From Candidatus Dadabacteria bacterium (GTDB lineage Bacteria; Desulfobacterota_D; UBA1144; Nemesobacterales; Nemesobacteraceae), in NCBI GenBank assembly GCA_951812945.1, contig CATOTB010000006.1, positions 77,335 through 141,334 on the forward strand: 64,000 bases of DNA, given 5' to 3'. The notes under the pieces are model-generated. The model was not told the DNA's origin. It was given only the letters and a program-made list of their open reading frames with translations, and searched no databases. The translations under genes and the position numbers were made by a program. Of the stretch, positions 39,418-48,372 are shown piece by piece; the stretch's first letter is position 1; every line of letters begins with the position of its first letter.

Positions 39418-40632
39418 ATGGAGAGAAGTTGCGATTTTCTTGTAGTTGGCGGAGGAATTGTGGGTCTTACTATAGCAAATGAACTCCTTTTGCGCGGTTG
39501 TAAGAACATCCTTGTTTTAGAAAAGGAAAAAAATCTCGGGGCGCACTCAAGCGGCCGAAACAGCGGCGTTCTCCATGCCGGGATCTACTACACTCCCGAT
39601 TCTCTCAAGGCGAGGTACTGCATTGAGGGGAACCGACTGATGAGGGATTTTTGCCGGGAAAACAAGGTTGCGATATCTGAGTGCGGCAAGGTTATCGTGG
39701 CGGACTCAGAGGAGAAGCTAGAGGGACTTCACGCACTTCAGCAGAGGGCACAAAGAAACGGCGTTGAATCCTACCTTGTTGACGAGAAGGAGCTTGCGGA
39801 GATAGAACCGCACGCCGCCACGTTTGAGAAAGCGATATATTCTCCTTCGACATCAGTGTTTGATCCTATGGGTGTTCTAGAGGCTCTTTACTCCAAAGTT
39901 AAGAGGACCGGAGAAGTTCGTGTGCTTTTTGACACGGCTTTTATCGAAGAAAAAGGGGGACGCGTTGCTCTTACGAGCGGGGGAGAGATAAGTTACGGAA
40001 AACTCATAAACGCGGCGGGGCTCCATGCGGACGTGGTAGCCCGTCACTTCGGAGTGGGCGCTAGATACAGATCGATACCCTTTATGGGTTCCTACAGGGA
40101 GCTTACGGAAGAAAGCTCCTATCTTGTCCGCGGCAACATCTATCCGGTTCCCGACGCAAGAATGCCTTTTCTGGGGGTGCACTTCACTAGGAGCACCTCG
40201 GGGCGGGTCTTTATCGGTCCTACCGCAGTGCCGGTTCTCGGCAGGGAGAGCTACGGATTTCTTGAGGACCTGGGACTTGAGTCGTTTCGCTTCCTCTACA
40301 GAAACGCATCGATGTTTATGAGTGACAGTGGCTTCAGGGCAAACGCACTCTCCGAGGCGAAAAAATATCTGGGGGCTCATTTCTACTCAGAAGCCAGAAA
40401 ACTGGTTCCCGGGCTCACACCCCGCGATCTTATATCCTCGGCGAAAACCGGCATACGCTCACAGCTTGTGGACTGGGAAGAGAAAAAACTCGTTACAGAC
40501 TACGTTGTCTGTAAGGAAGGGGACAGCCTTCACGTTCTAAACGCGATATCGCCCGCTTTTACCTCCTCAATGTCGTTTGCAAAGTATGTGGTGGATATGC
40601 TCTTTGAGGAAAAAGCGCCGGAGGCGCAGTGA
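39418..40632 (+). CDS. lhgO: L-2-hydroxyglutarate oxidase-like FAD oxidoreductase
   Basis: GGGIVG, SGRNSGVLHAGIYY, IYPVPD..PFLGVHFT, NAISPAFTSS. Confidence 0.85.
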   Translation: MERSCDFLVVGGGIVGLTIANELLLRGCKNILVLEKEKNLGAHSSGRNSGVLHAGIYYTPDSLKARYCIEGNRLMRDFCRENKVAISECGKVIVADSEEKLEGLHALQQRAQRNGVESYLVDEKELAEIEPHAATFEKAIYSPSTSVFDPMGVLEALYSKVKRTGEVRVLFDTAFIEEKGGRVALTSGGEISYGKLINAAGLHADVVARHFGVGARYRSIPFMGSYRELTEESSYLVRGNIYPVPDARMPFLGVHFTRSTSGRVFIGPTAVPVLGRESYGFLEDLGLESFRFLYRNASMFMSDSGFRANALSEAKKYLGAHFYSEARKLVPGLTPRDLISSAKTGIRSQLVDWEEKKLVTDYVVCKEGDSLHVLNAISPAFTSSMSFAKYVVDMLFEEKAPEAQ

Positions 40633-40759
40633 ACGCGAGGCTTTTTACGCATGGTCTTGTTTTTTCCCTTTTTCCTTGAAAAATTCCGGCAATCGCATTT
40701 AATATTTATCCGTACTTATCCTTCTTTCCTTTGAAGAGTTGTTTTAGCTGGATCGGAAA

Positions 40760-42022
40760 ATGCCCGAGCAAAGAATCATAAGAAATTACGTAGACAGGAC
40801 TAACTCCTACACTATCGAGTCGTATCTGTCCTCGGGTGGATACTCAGCGCTTAGAAAAGCACTCGGCATGGTGCCCGGAGAGATAACCGACGCGGTCAAG
40901 AAATCGGGTCTCCGTGGAAGGGGAGGCGCAGGCTTTCCGGCCGGCATAAAGTGGAGTTTTATCCCGCCTGATTCCAAGAAACCGGTTTATCTCTGCTGCA
41001 ACGCCGATGAAAGCGAACCCGGAAGCTTCAAGGACAGAGAGATTCTTGAGAGAGACCCCCACCAGATGATCGAGGGCATAATAATTGCCTGCTACGCTAT
41101 CCGCTCCCACAAGGCCTACATATATATAAGGGGAGAGATGCCCTACGGAGCCAAGAGAATACAGCAGGCCATAGATGAAGCCTACGAGCACGGCTATCTC
41201 GGCAAGAACATACTCCTAAGCGGTTTTGATATTGATATGAAGCTGTACGTAGGCGCCGGCGCCTATATATGCGGAGAGGAAACCGGTCTTCTCGAGTCAA
41301 TAGAGGGAAAAAAGGGAGAACCGAGACCCAAGCCTCCTTTCCCGGCACAGATAGGCCTTTTCGGCTGTCCCACGATAGTCAATAACGTGGAGACGCTCGC
41401 ATGCGTTCCTCATATAATAAACAACGGGGCGGACTGGTTTGCCTCGATAGGGACTCCCAGAAACACCGGAACCAAGATTTTCGGGCTGAGCGGACACATA
41501 AACAATCCCGGGCTTTACGAGCTTCCACTTGGAATAAACCTTCTTGAACTGATTGAGGAGTATGGCGGAGGAATTCCCGGGGGAAGAAAAATAAAGGCCG
41601 TTTCTCCCGGCGGTTCTTCATCCGCGGTTTTTTCCGCGGACGAACTGGACATTGCGATGGATTTCGACACCATAGCGGCTGCGGGCTCCATGCTTGGAAC
41701 TGCGGGTGTAACTGTGATGGATGAGACGGTGAGCATGATCAAGGTAGCCCAGAATCTTGCCCATTTCTACAGGGATGAATCATGCGGGCAATGCGTTCAG
41801 TGCAGGGAAGGAACGTGGTGGCTTGAGAAGATACTGAGAGAGATTGACGAAGGGAAGGGATCTCTTGAATACCTCGACATAATGCTTGACGCGTGCTCGC
41901 AGATGAGGGGAACGACCATATGTGCCCTTGCCGACGGCTGTGCGATGCCCATTGAATCGATAGTGACGAAATTCAGGGACGAGTTCGAGGAGCATATAAA
42001 AAGAGGGCAATCCCAAGGTTGA
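40760..42022 (+). CDS. nuoF: NADH-quinone oxidoreductase subunit F
   Basis: GRGGAGFP, NADESEPG, GAYICGEET, CGQCVQC...C Fe-S ligands. Confidence 0.93.
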   Translation: MPEQRIIRNYVDRTNSYTIESYLSSGGYSALRKALGMVPGEITDAVKKSGLRGRGGAGFPAGIKWSFIPPDSKKPVYLCCNADESEPGSFKDREILERDPHQMIEGIIIACYAIRSHKAYIYIRGEMPYGAKRIQQAIDEAYEHGYLGKNILLSGFDIDMKLYVGAGAYICGEETGLLESIEGKKGEPRPKPPFPAQIGLFGCPTIVNNVETLACVPHIINNGADWFASIGTPRNTGTKIFGLSGHINNPGLYELPLGINLLELIEEYGGGIPGGRKIKAVSPGGSSSAVFSADELDIAMDFDTIAAAGSMLGTAGVTVMDETVSMIKVAQNLAHFYRDESCGQCVQCREGTWWLEKILREIDEGKGSLEYLDIMLDACSQMRGTTICALADGCAMPIESIVTKFRDEFEEHIKRGQSQG

Positions 42023-42103
42023 GAAAATCTTGCGCACTTTGATTTTAACGAGCATTGCTGCCGTATACGCTAAATTCTGATAGCTGAAGATTTTACGTCA
42101 GAA

Positions 42104-42316
42104 TCAGACGCCTTCGTTATCTTCCGGGAAAATTTTTCTTATATCCTTTTCCCAGACGATTTCACCTTCACTAAAAATTGCTACCGACCCAGTGGTTTCT
42201 ATAGCCCGGCGGCGCGCACGTTTAGAGGCTCTTAGCATAGCCGCCTCCGCACCAATCAAATCCTGATCCCGCGACTTCTTGGCAAGCCTCGGGCTTTTCT
42301 GTCTCCTTACGGTCAT
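42104..42316 (-). CDS. Small hypothetical protein, possible partner or antitoxin of the upstream P-loop protein
   Basis: 70 aa from ATG 42316, 5 nt after the upstream stop; DLIGAEAAMLRASKRARRRA helix. Confidence 0.6.
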   Translation of the reverse strand: MTVRRQKSPRLAKKSRDQDLIGAEAAMLRASKRARRRAIETTGSVAIFSEGEIVWEKDIRKIFPEDNEGV

Positions 42317-42321
42317 ACTAC

Positions 42322-42840
42322 TCAATCCTTTTCTTCTAATAGCACAGGTGTGTGCCCCGAATTTCCATATATTACCCATTCATCTACTAGATCTCTATAG
42401 ATCAATTGGAAATTACGCCACCCGGAACGGAATCGTCGACGAACAGTTTGTTCCGGTACATCGTGTCCTCCTTCCATGGCCCGCTGCCTGACGCGGGCTA
42501 TAGCCATTTCCGGTGTTGGCAATCTAAGAAAAAACAGCTTTACCAAGTACCCCTCTTTTTGCCAAAGGGGAACCAGGCGTGTGTAACCATGTCCGCTCAG
42601 AGTGGTCTCAAAGGCAAAACTTTCCTCTTTCTTCACGCAATTATGAATCAACTTCAGCATCGTTCTGCCTGCCTGAATAGCCGCCAGATCCGGTTGAAGC
42701 GGGTTAAGTTCTGCCGCTATCAGGTCTGCGTTTATGAAAGTCGGGCAATGTGCCTCGTTAGGAAGAAACTCTGTTGCGAAAGTTGTTTTTCCCGCGCCAT
42801 TAGGTCCTGCGATAATGAAAATCCTCTTGGGTTCACTCAT
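42322..42840 (-). CDS. Zeta-toxin-like/AAA_33 P-loop kinase (COG4185-like)
   Basis: AGPNGAGKTT, INADLIA, FAFETTLSG, RV..R...GGH. Confidence 0.85.
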   Translation of the reverse strand: MSEPKRIFIIAGPNGAGKTTFATEFLPNEAHCPTFINADLIAAELNPLQPDLAAIQAGRTMLKLIHNCVKKEESFAFETTLSGHGYTRLVPLWQKEGYLVKLFFLRLPTPEMAIARVRQRAMEGGHDVPEQTVRRRFRSGWRNFQLIYRDLVDEWVIYGNSGHTPVLLEEKD

Positions 42841-42920
42841 GTTTCCCTTTTTTTGTAAATTCAGTTGGTTCCTGTGGTATCCAGGCAGAATACTTCTTGG
42901 AATTATCTCTTAGGGTCTCA

Positions 42921-44351
42921 TCACTTTTCTTCAAGGGATTTTCTAAGCGTTTGATTTACAATCGCAGGATCTGCTTTTCCCCTTGTCGCTTTCATCACCT
43001 GACCGACGAAAAATCCGAGAAGTTTCGTATCCCCGTTTCTGTACCTTTCAACTTCCTTCGGGTTTGCTTTGATTATTTCCGCTATAATCGAAGAAATCTC
43101 ATCTTCATCCGTGATCTGTGTGAGTCCTTTCTCCGCTACTATTTCTCCGGCCCGCTTGTCCCCGCTTATCATCTCGGAGAATATTTCCTTGGCGGTCTTA
43201 CGGTTTATTTTTCCTTCCCCGATAAGGTTCAGCAGTTCGGCAAGATTCTCGGGCCTGACGGGAAATTCCGCTATCCTGTCCTCGTTTTCAACCTCTCTTA
43301 ATAGCTCGTTTAAAATCCAGTTGCTTGCCGCCTTCTTGTCATTTGCGTGTTTTGCGCACTCTTCAAAATATTCGGCAAGTGGTCTTGAGGACGAAAGCGT
43401 CTCGGCGTCATCTTTCGATATGGAGAATTCATCCACGAACCTGCTGAGTTTTTCGTCGGGTAGTTCCGGAAGGGAAAGGCGGACTTTTTTCAAATGATCT
43501 TCCTCGACGAGGACCGGCAGAAGGTCAGGATCCGGGAAATACCTGTAGTCGTGAGCCTCTTCTTTTGATCTCATCGCAAACGTAACCCCTTTTTGGGAGT
43601 CAAAAAGCCTTGTTTCCTGAACAACCTTCCCTCCGCTTCGAAGGACCGCCTCCTGCCTCTTTGTTTCATATTCTATGGCTCTTTGTATGAAGCGGAAGGA
43701 ATTCAGGTTCTTTATCTCGGTTTTTGTTCCGAGTTCGCTCTGCCCTGCCGGCCGCACGGAAACGTTTGCGTCGCAGCGCAGGCTTCCTTCCTCCATGTTC
43801 CCGTCGCAGACCTCGATATACTTCAGAATGGTTCTCAGTTTTTTTACGTATTCGACCGCTTCTTCGGCGGTTGAGATGTCGGGCTCGCTCACTATTTCCA
43901 CAAGGGGCACACCGGCTCTGTTGAGGTCCACGTGGCTTTCGAAGTCGGAATATTCGTGCACGAGTTTTCCCGCGTCTTCCTCGAGGTGGATGCGGGTTAT
44001 TCTGATTTTCTTTTTGCCGTTCCCCGAATCTATCTCGAGATGTCCCCCAAGGCAAAGCGGCTCGTCGTACTGGGAAATCTGGTAGCCCTTCGGAAGATCC
44101 GGGTAGAAGTAGTTCTTCCTCGCGAATCTGGATTTTCGGGCGATTTCGCAGCTGGTCGCCAGTCCCGCTTTTATGGCGTACTCAAGAACCCTTTCATTAA
44201 AAACCGGCAGCACCCCTGGCATGCCCAGACAGACCGGATTCACCTGGGAGTTGGGAGGACTTCCGAATTTCGTTGAGGAAGAAGAAAATATTTTGGATTC
44301 AGTGGCAAGCTGTGCGTGTACTTCAAGACCAATTACCGCTTCGTATTCCAT
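42921..44351 (-). CDS. gatB: Asp/Glu-tRNA amidotransferase subunit B
   Basis: VIGLEVHAQL, RKNYFYPDLPKGYQISQ, DYRYFPDPDL. Confidence 0.98.
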   Translation of the reverse strand: MEYEAVIGLEVHAQLATESKIFSSSSTKFGSPPNSQVNPVCLGMPGVLPVFNERVLEYAIKAGLATSCEIARKSRFARKNYFYPDLPKGYQISQYDEPLCLGGHLEIDSGNGKKKIRITRIHLEEDAGKLVHEYSDFESHVDLNRAGVPLVEIVSEPDISTAEEAVEYVKKLRTILKYIEVCDGNMEEGSLRCDANVSVRPAGQSELGTKTEIKNLNSFRFIQRAIEYETKRQEAVLRSGGKVVQETRLFDSQKGVTFAMRSKEEAHDYRYFPDPDLLPVLVEEDHLKKVRLSLPELPDEKLSRFVDEFSISKDDAETLSSSRPLAEYFEECAKHANDKKAASNWILNELLREVENEDRIAEFPVRPENLAELLNLIGEGKINRKTAKEIFSEMISGDKRAGEIVAEKGLTQITDEDEISSIIAEIIKANPKEVERYRNGDTKLLGFFVGQVMKATRGKADPAIVNQTLRKSLEEK

Positions 44352-44655
44352 TGATCGTTCCTTTGGGGGAAATTTGATAAAGCAGTCGAGCGAAAATTAT
44401 ATATGTACTTGGCCAGCAGGCAACCTCTGGTCTGCGTATTTCTGTCCAGGATAGGGAATAGGTCTAGCGGAAAGCTCTTTCAACAGATCCATCGTTCTTT
44501 TTGACCTTTCGGCTGAAAAACTTTATTCTTTCTGTTCGTGGAGGTGTATTCTCCTGTTGATTAGTTTGGGTAAATTCAAATCAACCGGATACGCCGCTTT
44601 TTTTTTCAAACCCTCCGTACATCAAATTTGAATATAACTCAGAGGAGGACGTAAG

Positions 44656-45924
44656 ATGAGAATTTTAGCAGTTTTAGCTGTGTCTTTTTTCACTCTGTTT
44701 ACCCTTATGTCACTTCCCGCCCAAGCCGGCGGCGACCAGAGCATACAGGAGCAGATAGAGGAACTTAAGAAGCAGATAGAAAAGCTTGAGCAGCAGGTGA
44801 ACATGAAGGAGTACGAGGCTACGGCCAAAGATTCTAAGGCCTGGTACAACAAGATAAAGGTCAAAACCAAGAAAGGCTCGGGTCTTACTTTCCAGACCAC
44901 GGACAAGAACTACAAGCTCAGGATGAGATTTTTTGGTCAGTTTCTGGCCAACTACACAGATCCTGATGCTGACAAAGAGGGTCTTGGCTTCAATGTAAGA
45001 AATCTCTGGCTGATCTGGGACGGTAACGCTTTCGCTCCCTGGATGAAATACACGGTTCAGTATGATCTCTCGGGGAGTGGAGCACTAAAGGATATGAGGC
45101 TCTCGTTTGCCAAGAACAAGGCTTTTGTCCCCACGATAGGCCAGTACAAGGTTCCGTTTAGCAGAGAGTTCCTTACCTCAATTACCGCCCTGCAGCTTGT
45201 GGGAGCCTCGATCATAGACGATTACTTTCGGTATGGCAGGGATATCGGTGGCGGCGTTTACGGTTTTCTCGGAGACGGGATGATTCGCTATGATGCGGGT
45301 GTTTTCCAAGGCGAAGGCGCAAACCAGAAAAACGACAATGGTGATACTGGTATGCTCTGGGCAGGAAGGGTTCAGGCGGCCATTATCGGCGGGAAAGCCA
45401 AAAGCGTAAAAGAGAATTTTGCCAAGAGGCCAACGCTCATGGTTGGAGCCGCTGTTGCGGGCATAGATGTTGAAGATGGAAGTGACGGCAATATCGGAAT
45501 TCCGTCTGGAGAGAGAGAGCTTGAAAGCGGTACAGTCACTTCCTTTACGGCGGACATAAACTACAGGGACCCGATGTTCAATCTTACCGGTGAGTATGTC
45601 GGAAGGTGGGCTAATCCGGACGATGCTGGTGTAGGCACTGCCTATGATTCTGGTTTCAGGGTTCAGGGCGGTTTCTTCCTCCTTCCGAGAAAGATTGAAC
45701 TTGCCTCAAGGTATGCGATGGTCATGTTTGACGATGACGCCGACGTTCTCGGAGGAAATGACCTTGACAACGTATGGACGTTCACCCAGGGACTTAGCTA
45801 CTACCTGAGCGGCAACCACAAATGGAAAATACAGCTTGACTACACTTTCCAGAGAGAAGAGGATCTCGCTGGCGTAGAGTCTGATGAGTCGATGGTAAGA
45901 GCGCAGGTTCAGACCTACTTCTAG
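44656..45924 (+). CDS. OprO/OprP-like outer-membrane porin
   Basis: Signal peptide, N-terminal coiled coil, GQYKVPFSRE, GRDIG, C-terminal beta signal QVQTYF. Confidence 0.8.
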   Translation: MRILAVLAVSFFTLFTLMSLPAQAGGDQSIQEQIEELKKQIEKLEQQVNMKEYEATAKDSKAWYNKIKVKTKKGSGLTFQTTDKNYKLRMRFFGQFLANYTDPDADKEGLGFNVRNLWLIWDGNAFAPWMKYTVQYDLSGSGALKDMRLSFAKNKAFVPTIGQYKVPFSREFLTSITALQLVGASIIDDYFRYGRDIGGGVYGFLGDGMIRYDAGVFQGEGANQKNDNGDTGMLWAGRVQAAIIGGKAKSVKENFAKRPTLMVGAAVAGIDVEDGSDGNIGIPSGERELESGTVTSFTADINYRDPMFNLTGEYVGRWANPDDAGVGTAYDSGFRVQGGFFLLPRKIELASRYAMVMFDDDADVLGGNDLDNVWTFTQGLSYYLSGNHKWKIQLDYTFQREEDLAGVESDESMVRAQVQTYF

Positions 45925-46376
45925 GGATGCATTTAGAGATATAGTCAATCTGGTGTATAGAAGCATAATCAAGTGCCAATCTGATAGTCTGTTTTCATCT
46001 CTGTTGTTTTGTCCATTGTGTGCTCGATTCCATCTTTGAATTTCCCTCTTTTACGTTTTAACGATATTGAGCTTGGTTGAAGTCTTTATGCGTCTGAGCA
46101 ATTTTCTGCAGTTCAGTTGAAACTTTGGAATTTCAGGGAACTACGAGATACAAATCCCGATAGGCCTAGAAAGCAGCACAACCTGTTGGCAAATGTCCTT
46201 TTCAGGCTTTTTTAAAACCATAGATGAATTGATACAGGATAGATGGGTTTTCTGAACTATAGGGCTTTTCGATGCTTTCTCGACAAAGCGCGTAACAAGT
46301 TATTATTGGTATTTCCCTAATTTGAGTTCACGGTGTAATTTAGATTCCGGTACTCTTTTTACTGAGAAGAACCGAT

Positions 46377-47042
46377 ATGCAAGATACAAAAGCCCTTATA
46401 ATTTCTCCCCACCCCGACGATCTTGAAATAGGCATGGGGGGAACTACCTGCCTGCTTCTGGAAAAAGGTGTCGACGTGATTTCCGTTGTTGTTACCGATG
46501 GAAGGAGAAGCGCGAACCCGACGGGTATCACACGGGAAGAACTTATAAGCACAAGGGAGCGGGAAGTCAGGGAATCCTCAGAAATACTTGGGGTGGAGAT
46601 TTCTCTTCTGGGGCTCTCCGACATGGAATCCGATTCGAACAAGCGTGAATTCAGTTCCAGGATGGTGGAAATAATAACAAACCTCCGCCCGGGAGAGATA
46701 TACCTCCCGCATCCCGAAATTGACAAGCACAGAACCCACAGGACGGTTTCGCGCCTGACGCTTGATTGTCTTAAGGCGGCAATTAAGGAGATCCCTTTTA
46801 AGTGCGAATGCTGGTTTTATGAGGTATGGACGCCTTTTTCCTCATACGACCGGATCGAGGATATAACGTCTTTTGCCGACCGCAAGCGCCAGGCGATTGA
46901 GGCGCACAGGAGCCAGACGGCCTACAAGGACTACACAGACGGCATAATGGGCCTTAACAGGTACCGGGGGGCTTTTCACGACACCGCGGACGGATTCGCG
47001 CCGCTTTGGGCCGAGGTTTTCATAAGGCATGACTCCGAGTGA
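46377..47042 (+). CDS. PIG-L/LmbE-family deacetylase
   Basis: SPHPDD, TDG, H.D.H..H, AHRSQ motifs. Confidence 0.88.
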   Translation: MQDTKALIISPHPDDLEIGMGGTTCLLLEKGVDVISVVVTDGRRSANPTGITREELISTREREVRESSEILGVEISLLGLSDMESDSNKREFSSRMVEIITNLRPGEIYLPHPEIDKHRTHRTVSRLTLDCLKAAIKEIPFKCECWFYEVWTPFSSYDRIEDITSFADRKRQAIEAHRSQTAYKDYTDGIMGLNRYRGAFHDTADGFAPLWAEVFIRHDSE

Positions 47043-47044
47043 CC

Positions 47045-47695
47045 TTATCTCGGAACGTATTTTCTTTTCCTTGACCAAAGGAGCAGGTCAAATTCATCAA
47101 GACTGATTCCCAGTTCGTGGGCGGCTTCCGTCATAAGACTTTCGGTTTCAAGGTATCTTTTTTTCGTCAGAGGATATTTCGTCTCGCCTATGATCCCCAG
47201 TTCGAAAAGGGACGCCAGGTTGTTTCGGTCAAGAATCGCATAGCCGGAGAATCCCAGATTCCTCAGAAAATGGCTTGCCTGCATATACCCAAGCCCTTTA
47301 ATTCCGGGATTTTTCGCGAGGAAATCTCTTCTTTCGACCCTGTCTTCAAAAGAACTGACAAGCAATTTTAGAAGAAACCCGTGTTCTTTTTTAAGATATT
47401 CCCTTGTAAAAACAATATAGCGCGACGCGTTTTCGGCATATTTATGAATCGTTTCAATGCGGCCCAGCAGTTCATCTTCTTCTCCGTTCCCAAGTTTTTC
47501 TCCTATGGCCCTCATGCATTGACCGGCTATTTGGGGACCGACACCGGAACTCAGTATGCAGAATGAGAGTTCATGGAATATCCCGAGGTCATCGGCCTTT
47601 TGGAGAGTTTCTTTGAATTCCAAAAGCTGGTTCCGTATTTCTTCCCCTCTGAGCTCGTAGAGTTCCAGGAGTTCTCGTCTTTGTTTCTCAGTCAT
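47045..47695 (-). CDS. Ogg2-like HhH glycosylase paralog lacking the catalytic Lys
   Basis: ELSFCIL, KGLGYMQASHFLRNLG, AILDRNNL, FDLLLW. Confidence 0.8.
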   Translation of the reverse strand: MTEKQRRELLELYELRGEEIRNQLLEFKETLQKADDLGIFHELSFCILSSGVGPQIAGQCMRAIGEKLGNGEEDELLGRIETIHKYAENASRYIVFTREYLKKEHGFLLKLLVSSFEDRVERRDFLAKNPGIKGLGYMQASHFLRNLGFSGYAILDRNNLASLFELGIIGETKYPLTKKRYLETESLMTEAAHELGISLDEFDLLLWSRKRKYVPR

Positions 47696-47720
47696 GCGGA
47701 GAGTTTTCTTTCCCGAGGCA

Positions 47721-48365
47721 TTATTTCAGTATTTCGCCTGTTTTTTCACTCCAGAGAAACAGATCCATTTCATCGAAATCAAATCCGTTTCTCTCAGAGA
47801 ATCTCTTGAACTTGTTTTCAATCTCGATGTATTTGGATCTTGAGTGTGGCGCCCGCGGGGATTCAGTTATATTGAGTTCAAAGAGGCACTGGAGTATGTG
47901 CTTATCAAGTATCGCGTAGCCGCGAAAACCGATGTTTCTTAGAAAATGGCTTGCTTCCTTAAAACCGAGTCCCTTTATATCCTTGTTAAGCGCGAAAAAA
48001 TCTCTTCTCTCGACCGGGTCTTTAAACGATAGAAGAAGCGGCCTCAGTTTGAGTCCAAATTCGCGGGCAAGATAGGCTCTTGTGTGGATCACATGTTTTG
48101 AGCGCACGTTTGGAAATCTGTATACTCCCCGAAGTTTCGCCCTTAGTTCATCCTCGCTTGCGCTCGGAAGAATACTCTTTACGGCGCTGAGCGCGCTCAG
48201 TCCCATCTTGGCGCTTGTTCCGGCCGTGAATATGCAGAAAACCAGTTCTTCGAAGATCACTTCTTCAGAAGCGTTTTTGATGATGTTTTCGAATTCTTTG
48301 AGCTTATGGCGTATCTCGGGGGTTTTTCGCGGAAGGCTCTCCCTTATTGACCGTACTGTCAACAT
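47721..48365 (-). CDS. ogg: 8-oxoguanine DNA glycosylase/AP lyase (Ogg2, archaeal/Thermotoga type)
   Basis: ELVFCIFTA, RFPN, KGLGFKEASHFLRNIG, AILDKH, C-terminal TGEILK; start trimmed to ATG 48365. Confidence 0.88.
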   Translation of the reverse strand: MLTVRSIRESLPRKTPEIRHKLKEFENIIKNASEEVIFEELVFCIFTAGTSAKMGLSALSAVKSILPSASEDELRAKLRGVYRFPNVRSKHVIHTRAYLAREFGLKLRPLLLSFKDPVERRDFFALNKDIKGLGFKEASHFLRNIGFRGYAILDKHILQCLFELNITESPRAPHSRSKYIEIENKFKRFSERNGFDFDEMDLFLWSEKTGEILK

Positions 48366-48372
48366 CCAGGGC

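Noticed and set aside
42023-42920. Duplicated nuoF or gatB ends around the kinase module
   Set aside because: Only 6-8 nt matches (tttgattt, aaattcag); not distinguishable from chance.
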